Assembly: GCF_044704955.1 (NCBI RefSeq)
Contig: NC_091991.1
Location: 178,684,001-178,748,000, forward strand
Source: Pristiophorus japonicus
Lineage: Eukaryota
Direction of reading: 5' to 3'
Length of the DNA: 64,000 nucleotides
The notes under the pieces were generated by a model that worked only from the letters and a program-made list of their open reading frames with translations, searched no databases and was not told the origin of the DNA. Each line of letters starts with the position of its first letter. Position 1 is the stretch's first letter. Positions 24,601-35,812 of this stretch are shown here, piece after piece. The position numbers were made by a program, and so were the translations under genes.

Positions 24601-27600
24601 ATATGTTTCTATGAGATCCCCTCTCATCCTTCTAAACTCCAGTGAATACAGGCCCAGTCGATCCAGTCTCTCCTCATGTGTCAGTCCTGCCATCCCAGGA
24701 ATCAGTCTGGTGAATCTTCGCTGCACTCCCTCAATAGCAAGAACGTCCTTCCTCAGATTAGGAGATCAAAACTGAACACAATATTCCAGGTGAGGCCTCA
24801 CCAAGGCTCTGTACAACTGCAGTAAGACTTCCCTGCACCTCTACTCAAATCCCCTAGCTATGAAGGCCAACATACCATTTGCTGCCTTCACCGCCTGCTG
24901 TACCTACATGCCAACTTTCAATGACTGATGTACCATGACACCCAGATCTCGTTGCACCTCCCCTTTTCCTAATCTGCCGCCATTCAGATAATATTTTGTG
25001 TTTTTGCCACCAAAGTGGATAACCTCACATTTATCCACACTATACTGCATCTGCCACTCGTTTGCCCACTCACCTAACCTGTCCAAGTCACCCTGCAGCT
25101 GTCCTCCTCACAGCTCACACCGCCACGCAGCTTTAGTGTCATCTTCAAACTTGGAGATATTACACTCTATTCCCTCATCCAAATCATTAATGTATATTGT
25201 AAAGAGCTGGGGTCCCAGCACTGAGCCCTGCGGCACTCCACAAGTCACTGCCTGCCATTCTGAAAAGGGCCCGTTTATCCCGACTCTCTGCTTCCTGTCT
25301 GCCAACCAGTTCTCTATCCATGTCAGTACATTACCCCCAATAACATGTGCTTTAATTTTGCACACCAATCTCTTGTATGGGACCCTGTCAAAAGCCTTTT
25401 GAAAGTTCAAATACACCACATCCACTGGTTCTCCCTTGTCCACTCTACTAGTTACATCCTCAAAAAATTCTAAAAGATTTGTCAAGCAGGATTTCACTTT
25501 CATAAATCCATGCTGACTTGGACCGATCCTGTCACTGCTTTCCAAATGTGCTGCTATTTCATCTTTAATAATTGATTCCCACATTTTCCCCACTACTGAT
25601 GTCAGGCTAACCAGTCTATAATTACCCGCTTTCTCTCTCCCTCCATTCTTAAAAATTGGTGTTACATTAGTTACCCTCCAGTCCATAGGAACCGATCCAG
25701 AGTCGATAGACTGTTGGAAAATGATCACCAATGCATCTACTATTTCTAGGGCCAATTTCTTAAGTGCTCTGGGATGCAGACTATCAGGCCCCGGGGATTT
25801 ATCGGCCTTCAATCCCATCAATTTCCCTAACACAATTTCCCTCCTAATAAGGATTTCCTTCAGTTCCTCCTTCTCACTAGATCCTCGGTCCCTTAGTATT
25901 TCCGGAAGGTTATTTGTGTCTTCCTTCGTGAAGACAGAACCAAAGTATTTGTTTAACTGGTCTGCCATTTCTTTGCTCCCCATTATAAATTCACCTGAAT
26001 CTGACTGCAAGGGACCTACGTTTGTCTTCACTAATCTTTTTCTCTTCACATATCTATAGAAGCTTTTGCAGTCAGTTTTTATGTTGCCGGCAAGCTTCCT
26101 CTCATACTCTATTTTCCCCCTCCTAATTAAACCCCTTGTCCTCCTCTGCTGTGTTATAAAATTCTCCCAGTCCTCAGGTTTGCTGCTTTTTCTGGCCAAT
26201 TTATATGCCTCTTCCTTGGATTTAACACTATCCTTAATTTCCCTTCTTAGCCACGGTTGAGCCACCTTCGCCATTTTGTTTTTTTACTGCAGACAGGGAT
26301 GTACAATTGTTGAAGTTCATCCATGTGATCTTTAAATGTTTGCCATTGCCTATCCACCGTCAACCCTTTAAGTATCACTCGCCAGTCTATTCTAGCCAAT
26401 TCACGTCTCATACCATCGAAGTTACCTCTCCTTAAGTTCAGGACCCTAGTCTCTGAATTAACTGTGTCAGTCTCCATCTTAATAAAGAATTCTACCATAT
26501 TATGGTCACTCTTCCCCAAGGGGCCTCACACAACAAGATTGCTAATTAGTCCTTTCTCATTATTCATCACCCAGTCTAGGATGGCCAGCCATCTGGTTGG
26601 CTCCTTGACATATTGGTCTAGAAAACCATCCCTAATAGACTCCAGGAAATTCTCCTCCACTGCATTGCTGCCAGTTTGGTTAGCCCAATCAATATTTAGA
26701 TTAAAGTCACCCATGATAACTGCTGTACCTTTATTGCACGCATCCCTAATTTTTTGTTTGATGCTGTCCCCAACCTCACTACTACTGTTTGGTGGTCTGT
26801 ACAGAACTCCCACTAGCGTTTTATGCCCTTTGGTATTCCGTAGCTCCCTTACAGATTCCACATCATCCAAGCTAATGTCCTTCCTTACTATTGCATTAAT
26901 TTCCTCTTTAACCAGCAACACCACCCCACCTCTTTTTCCTTTCTGTCTATCCTTCCTAAATGTTGAATACCCCTGGATGTTGAGTTCCCAGCCTCGGTCA
27001 CCCTGGAGCCATGTCTCCGTGATGCCAATTACATCATACCCGTTAACTGCTATCTGCGCAGTTAATTCGTCCACCTTATTGCGAATACTCCTCGCATTGA
27101 GGAACAGAGCCTTCAGGCTTGTCTTTTTAACACCTTTTGCCCCTTTAGAATTTTGCTGTAATGTGTCACTTTTTGCTTGTTGCCTTGGGGTTCTCTGCCC
27201 TCCACATTTACTTTTCTTCTTTCTATCTTTTGCTTCTGCCCCCATTCTACTTTCCTCTGTCTCCCTGCATAGGTTCCCATTCCCCAGCAATATTAGTTTA
27301 ACCCCTCCCCAACAGCACTAGCAAACACTCCCTCGGACATTGGTTCCGGTCCTGCCCAGGTGCAAACCGGAACCAGTCCGGTTTGTACTGGTCCCACCTC
27401 CCCCAGAACCGGTTCCAATGTTCCAGGAATTTGAATCCCTCCCTCCTGCACCACTCTTCAAGCCACGTATTCATCTGAGCTATCCTGCGATTCCTACTCT
27501 GACTAGCACGTGGCACTGGTAGCAATCCTGAGATTACTACTTTTGAGGTCCTACTTTTTAATTTAGCTCCTAGCTCCCTAAATTCATCTTGTAGGACCTC

Positions 27601-29126
27601 ATCCCATTTTTTACCTATATTGTTGGTACCTATATGCACCACGACAACTGGCTGTTTACCCTCCCCCTTCAAAATGTTCTGCACCTGCTCCGAGACATCC
27701 TTGACCCTTGTACCAGGGAGGCAACATACCATCCTGGAGTCTCGGTTGCGGCCACAGAAACGTCTATCTATTCCCCTTACAATAGAATCCCCTATCACTA
27801 TAGTGCTCCCACTCTTTTTCCTGCCCTCCTGTGCAGCAGAGCCACCCATGGTGCCATGAACTTGGCTGCTGCTGCTCTCATCTGATGAGTCATCCCCCTC
27901 AACAGTATCCAAAGCGATGTATCTGTTCTGCAGGGGGATGATTGCAGGGGACCCCTGCACTACCTTCCTTCCACTGCTCTTCCTGTTGGTCACCCATCCC
28001 CTATCTGGCTGTGTAACCTTTACCTGCGGTAAGACCAAGTCACTAAACATGCTATTCGCTGGTTGGCAGACAGGAAGTAGAGAGTCGGGATAAACGGGTC
28101 CTTTTCAGAATGGCAGGCAGTGACTAGTTGGGTACCGCAGGGCTCAGTATTGGGACCCCAGCTATTTACAATATACATTAATGATTTAGATGAAGGAATT
28201 GAGTGTAATATCTCCATGTTTGCAGATGACACTAAGCTGGATGGCGGTGTGAGCTTTGAGGAGGACGCTAAGAGGCTGCAGGGTGATTTGGACAGGTTAG
28301 GCGAGTGGACAAATGCATGGCAGATGCAGTATAATGTGGATAAATGTGAGGTTCTCCACTTTGGGGCAAAAACATGAAGACAGAATATTATCTGAATGGA
28401 GTCAGATTAGGAAAAGGGGAGGTTCAATGAGACCTGGGTGTCATGGTACATTAGTCATTGAAAGTTGGCATGCAGGTACAGCAGGTGGTGAAGAAGGCAA
28501 ATGGTATGTTGGCCTTCATAGCTGGTGATTTGAGTATAAGAGCAGGGAGGTCTTACTGCAGTTGTACAAGGCCTTGGTGAGGCTCACCTGGAATATTGTG
28601 TTCAATTTTGGTCTCCTAATCTGAGGAAGGACGTTCTTGCTATTGAGGGAGTGCAGACTGATTCCCGTGATGGCAGGACTGACATATGAGGAGAGACTGG
28701 ATCGACTGGGCCTGTATTCACTGGAGTTCAGAAGGATGAGAGGGGATCTCGTAGAAACATAAATTTCTGACGGGACTGGACAGGTTAGATGCAGGAAGAA
28801 TGTTCCAGATGTTGGGGAAGTTCAGAACCAGAGGACACAGTCTTAGGATAAGGGGTAAGTCATTTAGGACTGAGATGAGGAGAAACTTCTTCACTCAGAG
28901 AGTTGTTAACCTGTGGAATTCCCTGCCGCAGAGAGTTGTTGATGCCAGTTCATTGGATATATTCAAGAGGGAGTTAGATATGGCCCTTACGGCTAAAGGG
29001 ATCAAGGGGTATGGAGAGAAAGCAGGAAAGGGGTACTGAGGGAATGATCAGCCATGATCTTATTGAATGGTGGTGCAGGCTCGAAGGGCCGAATGGCCTA
29101 CTCCTGCACCTATTTTCTATGTTTCT
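21669..29126 (+). mobile_element. CR1 LINE (outer copy): ORF1 esterase, APE, RT; split at 24239/28059 by an antisense CR1
   Basis: Reading TWIEN|WLADRK resumes across the insert; tail ttttctatgtttct at ~29113-29126. Confidence 0.92.
24237..28058 (-). mobile_element. CR1 LINE (inner copy, antisense to its host): ORF1 esterase 27298-28050, APE 26526-27290, RT 24454-26274
   Basis: Long ORFs with CR1 motifs; tail at the left junction. Confidence 0.93.
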
Positions 29127-30475
29127 CGAGGTCGTGGGTTTGGGAGGTGCTGTCGAGTGGTCTTGCTAATAGCCTGTGTAACTCCTGGTGTGCAAATGGA
29201 AATTCCATGAGCCCAATGCCTCCTCGGCCAATGTTTTCACTTCAATCTAAAGTTGGATCTCCGAGACGTTATCGGCTTGCGTTGGGCTACTTACATTTCC
29301 TGACAATAAGCGCTGAACGAAATACAGTGAATGGCACTGGAGTTAAAGCAAGCCGGAAGGGTACAGTACAGGGATTCCTGCTCCAAAACACACTCAAACT
29401 AAAAATCAGAAATCACTAATAATTACAGAGCTAGAATTTTCAAAATGCTTTGTGCTTGTTACCTTGTTAACTATTCTGCTTGTCCAGTTTGCTTCACTTG
29501 TGCTCTAGAGAACTGTAGCTCTTTACCCTTTTTGAACAGCATTGTAACATTTGCCGCCCTCTCCAGCCTTTTGTTACAATTCCTGTTTCCAAAGAATTTT
29601 TGGAAAATTATAGTCAGTATTTCTGCTAGCTTTATTAGTTGGAAGCTTTTCTACCAGAAGCAAAAGCAATTGCATATTGGGATTGAGAGTTGAGTGGACG
29701 CTTACTGCCTTTTATACCGTACCTCCAGCCTAGAAGTGAATCTGCAGTATCGCCTATGAAAAGGGACACTTTTCAATGGTTGTAGTTATTTTTTCCTATG
29801 ATAAATCTTAAAGTATAATCTCTAGTTTCCATATATATTTTCTTATGAATTGATCAATGGGAAAGCTATGTTTAGTGATGGAATTTTGGAAATTTTTTCC
29901 CAGTAAATGAGAATGATAAAACCTCGACCTACCAACAGTGCAAATTAAAAAGTGCAAACAACATCTGAAAACTATGTACAACAAGTCAAATACCGTTATT
30001 TCAGTCCAGTTTCTAAGCCATATATCCACACTCAATGCATCGTTAGCTTTTCTCACTATTCTGAAACGTTGACCTTTTGAGACTCGTGACTTATCAACTT
30101 TAAGTCAATTAAGCCCTTTGCCAGTGATGGAGAGAGAGAAGTCCAGGAAGGGAAGAGAAGAGCCAGAAATGGACCATGTAAAAGTGAGGAATCAGAAACA
30201 TTGTAAATGAGATTCTCAAGATCAGGGAGAGAGCGGGAAGCAACACCAACAAAGTCCGAGGAAGAGGTCAGGAAGGGAGTCTGAGTCGGAGTGGAACAAA
30301 GAATGTTCCACAGATCCTACAACAAGACAAGCATAGGCGGGACCCATGAATATCACCTTTTATCTGGAGGAAATGACTGAAGTCACTTACGAAAGCTGAT
30401 TTCACTCATTGCGCCTGGCATTGGTATAACCTGCTACACCTGGACGCCACCATCACTTGATGCATCTCACCACTG

Positions 30476-30714
30476 CCTGGAGATGGAGCACGCGGTTTCC
30501 ACCGGTACGCTCGCGGCCTTCCGCGAGAGGTGGGCACCGGAGGGACTGGAGTGCATCATCGCCCCCCGGCAACCAAATTTTAATTTGATCCAAGTTTACT
30601 GTTAAAAGATTGATTTGTTTAATTTGTCGGTTTTAGTGCCCCCCCCCCCCCCACCCCCACTGTAAATCTGGGGGCATTTGATTATTGTTTGCAACAAAAT
30701 AGTTGCAAACAATA
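30476..30714 (+). mobile_element. Tx1/L1-clade LINE 3' end (LEMEHAVSTGTLAAFRERWAPEGLECII)
   Basis: Homologous to 1360-1550. Confidence 0.55.
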
Positions 30715-30942
30715 GACCACTGAGATCACTCCCTGCACCTGAGGGACCAATGTCATCAGTTGGCCAAACCTAGACAACTGTATCTGCTCCCTTCCTCTGG
30801 ATAGCGATATCACAACGGCACCTGGGCACCAATATCACTGACACATCTGGGCACTGGCAGCTAGGCCACCTGGTTTATGTTGCTCTATGAAGCTGTATTG
30901 TGATTTGTGCTCTGCTGCTGAGAGGGGCTAACATTGCCTTAC

Positions 30943-31050
30943 CTTCTGCTCTTGGGCAGTGATGACGGTGTGAACATTCTCCAGGTCAGCAGCTGTCATT
31001 AGTTGAACTAGACAGATGTTATTCCCCCCGGGCTTGTAACAAACTATACC
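30943..31050 (-). CDS. BRICD5: BRICD5 exon 4, 108 nt (GIVCYKPGGNNICLVQLMTAADLENVHTVITAQEQK)
   Basis: ctctgcag| acceptor, AAG|gtaagg donor, phase 0/0; BRICHOS G..CY.P....C motif. Confidence 0.92.
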
Positions 31051-31908
31051 CTGCAGAGGGGAAAAAATGTTCAGCATGTGTACATTTGAAAATACAACAC
31101 CCAACAATTTGCCTGGGTTTATAGCCAGAAAGTCATGTATTTATTCAATCTCAATCTACGTGTGTAAATGGGGTTTCTGCCACATCTCTGAGGCGGGTTT
31201 AGCCAAGCGGCAACGGGAAAGTTCGAGGAAATCCAGGGCCTGGGGTTCTAGCAATATTCTGTTGCTGGAGAGTCTGACTGTACCTTGCAGATGATTTGGC
31301 CTTTTACAAGTGTGCTGCAAAAGTGTATTAGTGTCTGATGTCTGAGGTGCGCTGGACAAATGTTTTCTGTAATAGATCTCACGTGGTGAGTCGGAAGTTA
31401 TGAGGTTGTGAGTGTGAAGTTATGGGGTAAATTTTAACACCCAAAAACTGGTAGGTGGGGGGCTCGTGAGATGTCAAAATTTTTTAAAAACTCGAACCCC
31501 ACCCCAACTCGCCTCCAACTCGCCCACTTCCGGGACAGGAGGCAGATAGCTCGTCCACTCCCACAAACCCGGTTGGCAATTTAAATATTTTAATGAGGCT
31601 GGCAGCCTCTGATTTAACCTGCTTTTCAGGTTTAACCGTGGCCAGCCGGGTTTTCCAGGCCTTGGGAAACCTGGCAGCTGAAGGGAGGTGAGGACAGGGA
31701 GAAGATAAGTGCCCTTACGGCACTGCTTATGGGCCAGGAGGAGCAGGAGTGCTTCCCCCAGCCCTCCCAATTAAAGACCCGCGGGGGCACGGATTGGACA
31801 CACCGGAATCAGAATCCCCAACCCCCACCCCCCACGCTCTCACGAGCAGCAGAAAGCTCCCTACCTGCTCCGGGTCCTTCTCGCCCAACTGGAAGCCAAG
31901 CTTGACAA

Positions 31909-32493
31909 TCATAAGAACATAAGGAGTAGGAGTAGGCCACATGGCCCCTCGAGCCTGCTCCGCCATTTAATACGATCATGGCTGATCCGATTCCCTGCCC
32001 GCTCGCCATAACCCCTAAATCCCTTACCTGTTAAGAAACTGTCTATCTCTGTCTTAAATGTATTCAATGTCTCAGCTTCCACAACTCTCTGAGGCAGCAA
32101 ATTCCGCAGATTTACAACCCTCAGAGAAGAAATTTCTCCTCATCTCAGCTTTAAATGCGCGGCCCCTTATTCTAAGATTATGCCCCCTAGCTCTAGTCTC
32201 CCCTATCAGTGGAAACATCCTCTCTGCATCCACCTTGTCAAGCCTCCTCATAATCTTATACGTTTCGATAAGATCACCTCTCATTCTTCTGAATTCCAAT
32301 GAGTAGAGGCCCAACTTACTCAACCTGTCCTCATAAGTCAACCCCCTCATCTCCGGAATCAACCTAGTGAACCTTCTCTGAACTGCCTCCAAAGCAAGTA
32401 CATACTTTCGTAAATATGGAAACCAACACTGAACGCAGTATTCCAGGTGTGGCCTCACCAATACCCTGTATAACTGTAGCAAGACTTCCCTGC
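31909..32493 (-). mobile_element. CR1 LINE 3' fragment
   Basis: ORF 32072-32482 is the RT C-terminus; cataagaacataag tail. Confidence 0.9.
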
Positions 32494-32895
32494 TGACTTC
32501 CGGCCGGGGAACCTGTCATGGAGTTTAAACCTGCATCCTGGCCCCTGTCAATAGTGGGACCTATGAGTCTAAAGTTATGCTGTGCTGAAAGGTATGGGTT
32601 GCTGGGGCACTGAGGTGGTTGGTGAAAAGATTTCAGAAAATAATCTATAGCAAACCCCAGAACCGGAATGAGTCACATCACAGAATAGGTTTGGATGAAA
32701 AGCGTTCCTTGGTTTGCGTACTATGCCTGACCTACAACCAGTCTAGAGCATAACCTCGACTGACATCTGATTTATAAAATACGATCAGTTCAGTCTAGAT
32801 CCTGAAGATGCAGCCAGACTCTCTCGAGGACATTTGATTCCACAGTCAATCTGTGTAAAAGACTCTCTCGGATCCTGTAAGTTATACCGCAGAAA

Positions 32896-33256
32896 CTAGG
32901 GTGACCTAATAGAAGTCTTTAAAATTATGAAGGGGTTCGTTGGGGTAGACATAGAGAAGATGTTCCCACTTATGGCGGGGACCGAAACTAGGGGCCATAA
33001 TTCTAAGATAGTCACTAATAAATCCAATGGTGAATTCAGAAGAAATTTCTTTACCCAGAGACTGGTTAGAATGTGGAACTCGCTACCACAGAGAGTAGTT
33101 GAGGTGAATAGTATAGCTGCATTTAAGGGGAAGCTAGATAAATACACGAGGGAGAAGGGAATCGAAGGATATGCTGATGGGGTGGGATGAGGCTGGTGTG
33201 AAGATTGGACGGGTTGGCCCGAATGGCCTGTTTCTGTGCTGTAAATTCTATGTAAG
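32896..33256 (+). mobile_element. CR1 LINE 3' fragment
   Basis: ORF 32927-33190 'TRGHNSK...RRNFFTQR...WNSLP'. Confidence 0.85.
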
Positions 33257-33378
33257 TGACACTGGAGCCTCCTCCAACATCAGTCTGAGGATTGGTCTGA
33301 GAGAGATCAGAGCTTCAACTAGTAACTTAATATATAAAATATTCTTCATCAATAGAGCTACCCCAGCCCCTCACTCAC

Positions 33379-33516
33379 ATTCTTGCTGTCAAACAGCACC
33401 ACTGATGTGTGGTTCCTGTCCATTATGTGATAAGTTACCAGGTCCTCCTCCTGGTTCACAACCGCTGACTGATTGACGGTGGCACCGTGCACATCGTGAA
33501 ATGTTATCTGAACAAC
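33379..33516 (-). CDS. BRICD5: BRICD5 exon 3, 138 nt (VVQITFHDVHGATVNQSAVVNQEEDLVTYHIMDRNHTSVVLFDSKN)
   Basis: ctccccag| acceptor, AAT|gtgagt donor, phase 0/0; NQ(S/T) and VLFD motifs of BRICD5. Confidence 0.92.
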
Positions 33517-34650
33517 CTGGGGAGAGGCAGAAACTCGAGTTTTAAAACCTGAGAAAACATCAAATCAGTGGCTGTGACCTCACTCTCGGTTTCACTGAAT
33601 TACAACAGACATAGCGACAGCACAAATCCTGATTAAAGAGAGACACACACACACAGGCAGATTCGGACATAACACATGCAGATAGACAAAAACATACAGT
33701 GTAATTAAGTGTATGCACTGTACATGAATACATGCATTTCTCTTCCCTCGGAGAAGATGTTACAGCATGAGTAGGACTGAGTGAATACTGAACACAATGG
33801 GCTTACCTAGGAAAGCAAGCTGTAAAGTGCTTTAGGCCATAAAGGCGCTATATAAATGCAAGTTTGTTCTTTCTTTACTGGAGTAGTACTCCAGAGGCCT
33901 GGACCAGTCCAAAGAATGAGTGTTCAAATTTGAGAATTTGAATTCAGTTTTAAAAATCTTGAAATAAATAGCTGGTATCAGTACATTAACAATGCGTCTT
34001 TGTTGCAAAGTACAGAGCTGACTCTGGGAATAAATGAAGCAACATGAGTCACTTAGAGACAGCACAGTATATGCCCATGGAGTTGAAACAAACATAGAAT
34101 CTGTAAACATCACACTCAAAATGTAGGTCCTCTTAGAATGGACCTCCTTCTGTATGATTCTGTGGATCAAAAATCTAACAGCAGTGCTAAGTGTTTTAAA
34201 ACAAACAGAAATGAAGCATTAACTGAAATGTTTTCAGCTGGAGACGGGTGACTCGGCTGTGTACAGTGTTAAGTCAGAGCCAGACACTTGGAGGTAGAGA
34301 TAAAACCAGAACCACAGCAGATGGGTTAGAATCTGAGAAATGAGCCAGCTTCATGTAATTGGTTAAAGGTTCTGGGCTGGTCCCTTCGCTCAGATCCTGG
34401 CTGTTTGCAACATTCCCAGTTTCTTCCTTCCACCCACCTGCCCAATTCACTCAGTGTCGGGACTGGATCCTGCCGGAGAGATCCCGGACTGTAATCAGTG
34501 TCTCAAATCCACCTCCAGACTGGCCGACTCCTGTTCTGTCTCTGGCTCCTCTGCACTTTCCAAACCCTTCCCCCCCCCCCCCCTCGGACCTGCCAGGTTG
34601 CCCCGGGGCCAGGAGGGCAGGCAGGGAGCGGGGCAGAGGCTTTAACTTAC

Positions 34651-34788
34651 CTGCCGGCTGCTTCCTCTCAGACTCAGGATGCCCACGGCCGAGACCCCGA
34701 TAACTGCTGCCACGGCCAGCAAGAGTAAAGCTCCCCACAAGATGCGCAACCTGGTCCTGGCTTCGGCTCCCAAGCGATCGGCCTGTAC
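34651..34788 (-). CDS. BRICD5: BRICD5 exon 2, 138 nt, type II transmembrane anchor (VQADRLGAEARTRLRILWGALLLLAVAAVIGVSAVGILSLRGSSRQ)
   Basis: ctacag| acceptor (alternative CAG 6 nt downstream), CAG|gtaagt donor; basic residues followed by a hydrophobic span. Confidence 0.88.
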
Positions 34789-35302
34789 CTGTAGTGGGGA
34801 CAGTGCAGGGGGAAAAGAGTTCAAATGTTGAGTCTGCAGAATAGCCGCAACGTTCATTCAGGTGCAGTTAAACGAGATGGAAGTCTTCACTGAATTGCAG
34901 GAGTGGAGAGGAAGTGAGGGATTATCTAAAGTCTGTGGGAAGGTCTGCTCAGAAAGGTAGTCTTCCTTTTGGTGCAAGGCAAACTCAAGAGTCACAATCA
35001 GAGTCAAACACTAAGGGTGATTGTGGAACATCAGCTTCTGAGAAATCTGCTATTGTCCTGTGTGACCGAGCATCCAAGCCCGACCCTGCTTGACATCAAA
35101 GTCCAGGGATTCCGAAATAATAAAACTGGCAGCTATCAAAGAGACTAGTCACTGGAACCATGCGGTTTCAGTCCAGCTCAACCAACCCATGGTGTTGCTG
35201 GTCATATACCGCACACTGAACATGAAACACATCTGCCTTCCCCACCCCACCGGATTAAGGTTAACTGCATTTGTTAGAATGTCATTGACACTTAATACTT
35301 AC

Positions 35303-35353
35303 AAATGGGAAAATACCCTTCAGGGTAGTCGCGATCCTCCTGCTTCTCTCCAT
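35303..35353 (-). CDS. BRICD5: BRICD5 exon 1 coding part, 51 nt (MERSRRIATTLKGIFPF)
   Basis: Good Kozak context (agtATGG), TTT|gtaagt donor, phase 0 joins exon 2; total CDS 227 aa. Confidence 0.72.
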
Positions 35354-35812
35354 ACTCCTAGGGTACTGCCTGCGATTCCCCTCTGCTGTCTGGCTCCCGC
35401 TGCTGCTGTGGGCATCGACACTGTTCGTTGACGGAGCTGAAACATGTGTGCCTGAACGAACTTCCTTTCCTGTCCTGAGCCTCGGCTTGTTCGAGCCAAG
35501 GGCTGCAACCTGATGCTCGGTCTGATTGAACAACAATAAGGAGTGGACTGAAGAGTGCCAGTATCACAGGACAGGAGCCAGACAGTCTCTCAGAACTGCT
35601 AGAGCATGTTCAGGAATGTGAGGGGAGTTAAAGTCTGTACAAGTGCACAATGACATACTGATAGCCATTAGAATATGTGCAGGTGTATCAGAGGGGCGTT
35701 AAAATCTAAGGAGAGTTACAATATGTATCGGAGGGGCCTTTGAATCTGTTCTGGTCTATCTGAGGAGAGTTAGAATATGTTCAGGTATATCTGAGGGGAG
35801 CTTCAATATGTT

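Noticed and set aside
27298-28050. Stand-alone SGNH/GDSL esterase gene
   Set aside because: It is the well-known esterase domain of CR1 ORF1, contiguous with APE-RT and present in three copies here.
31420-31905. Possible MITE/DNA transposon starting ggggtaaatttt
   Set aside because: Could not identify a matching terminal inverted repeat or TSD.
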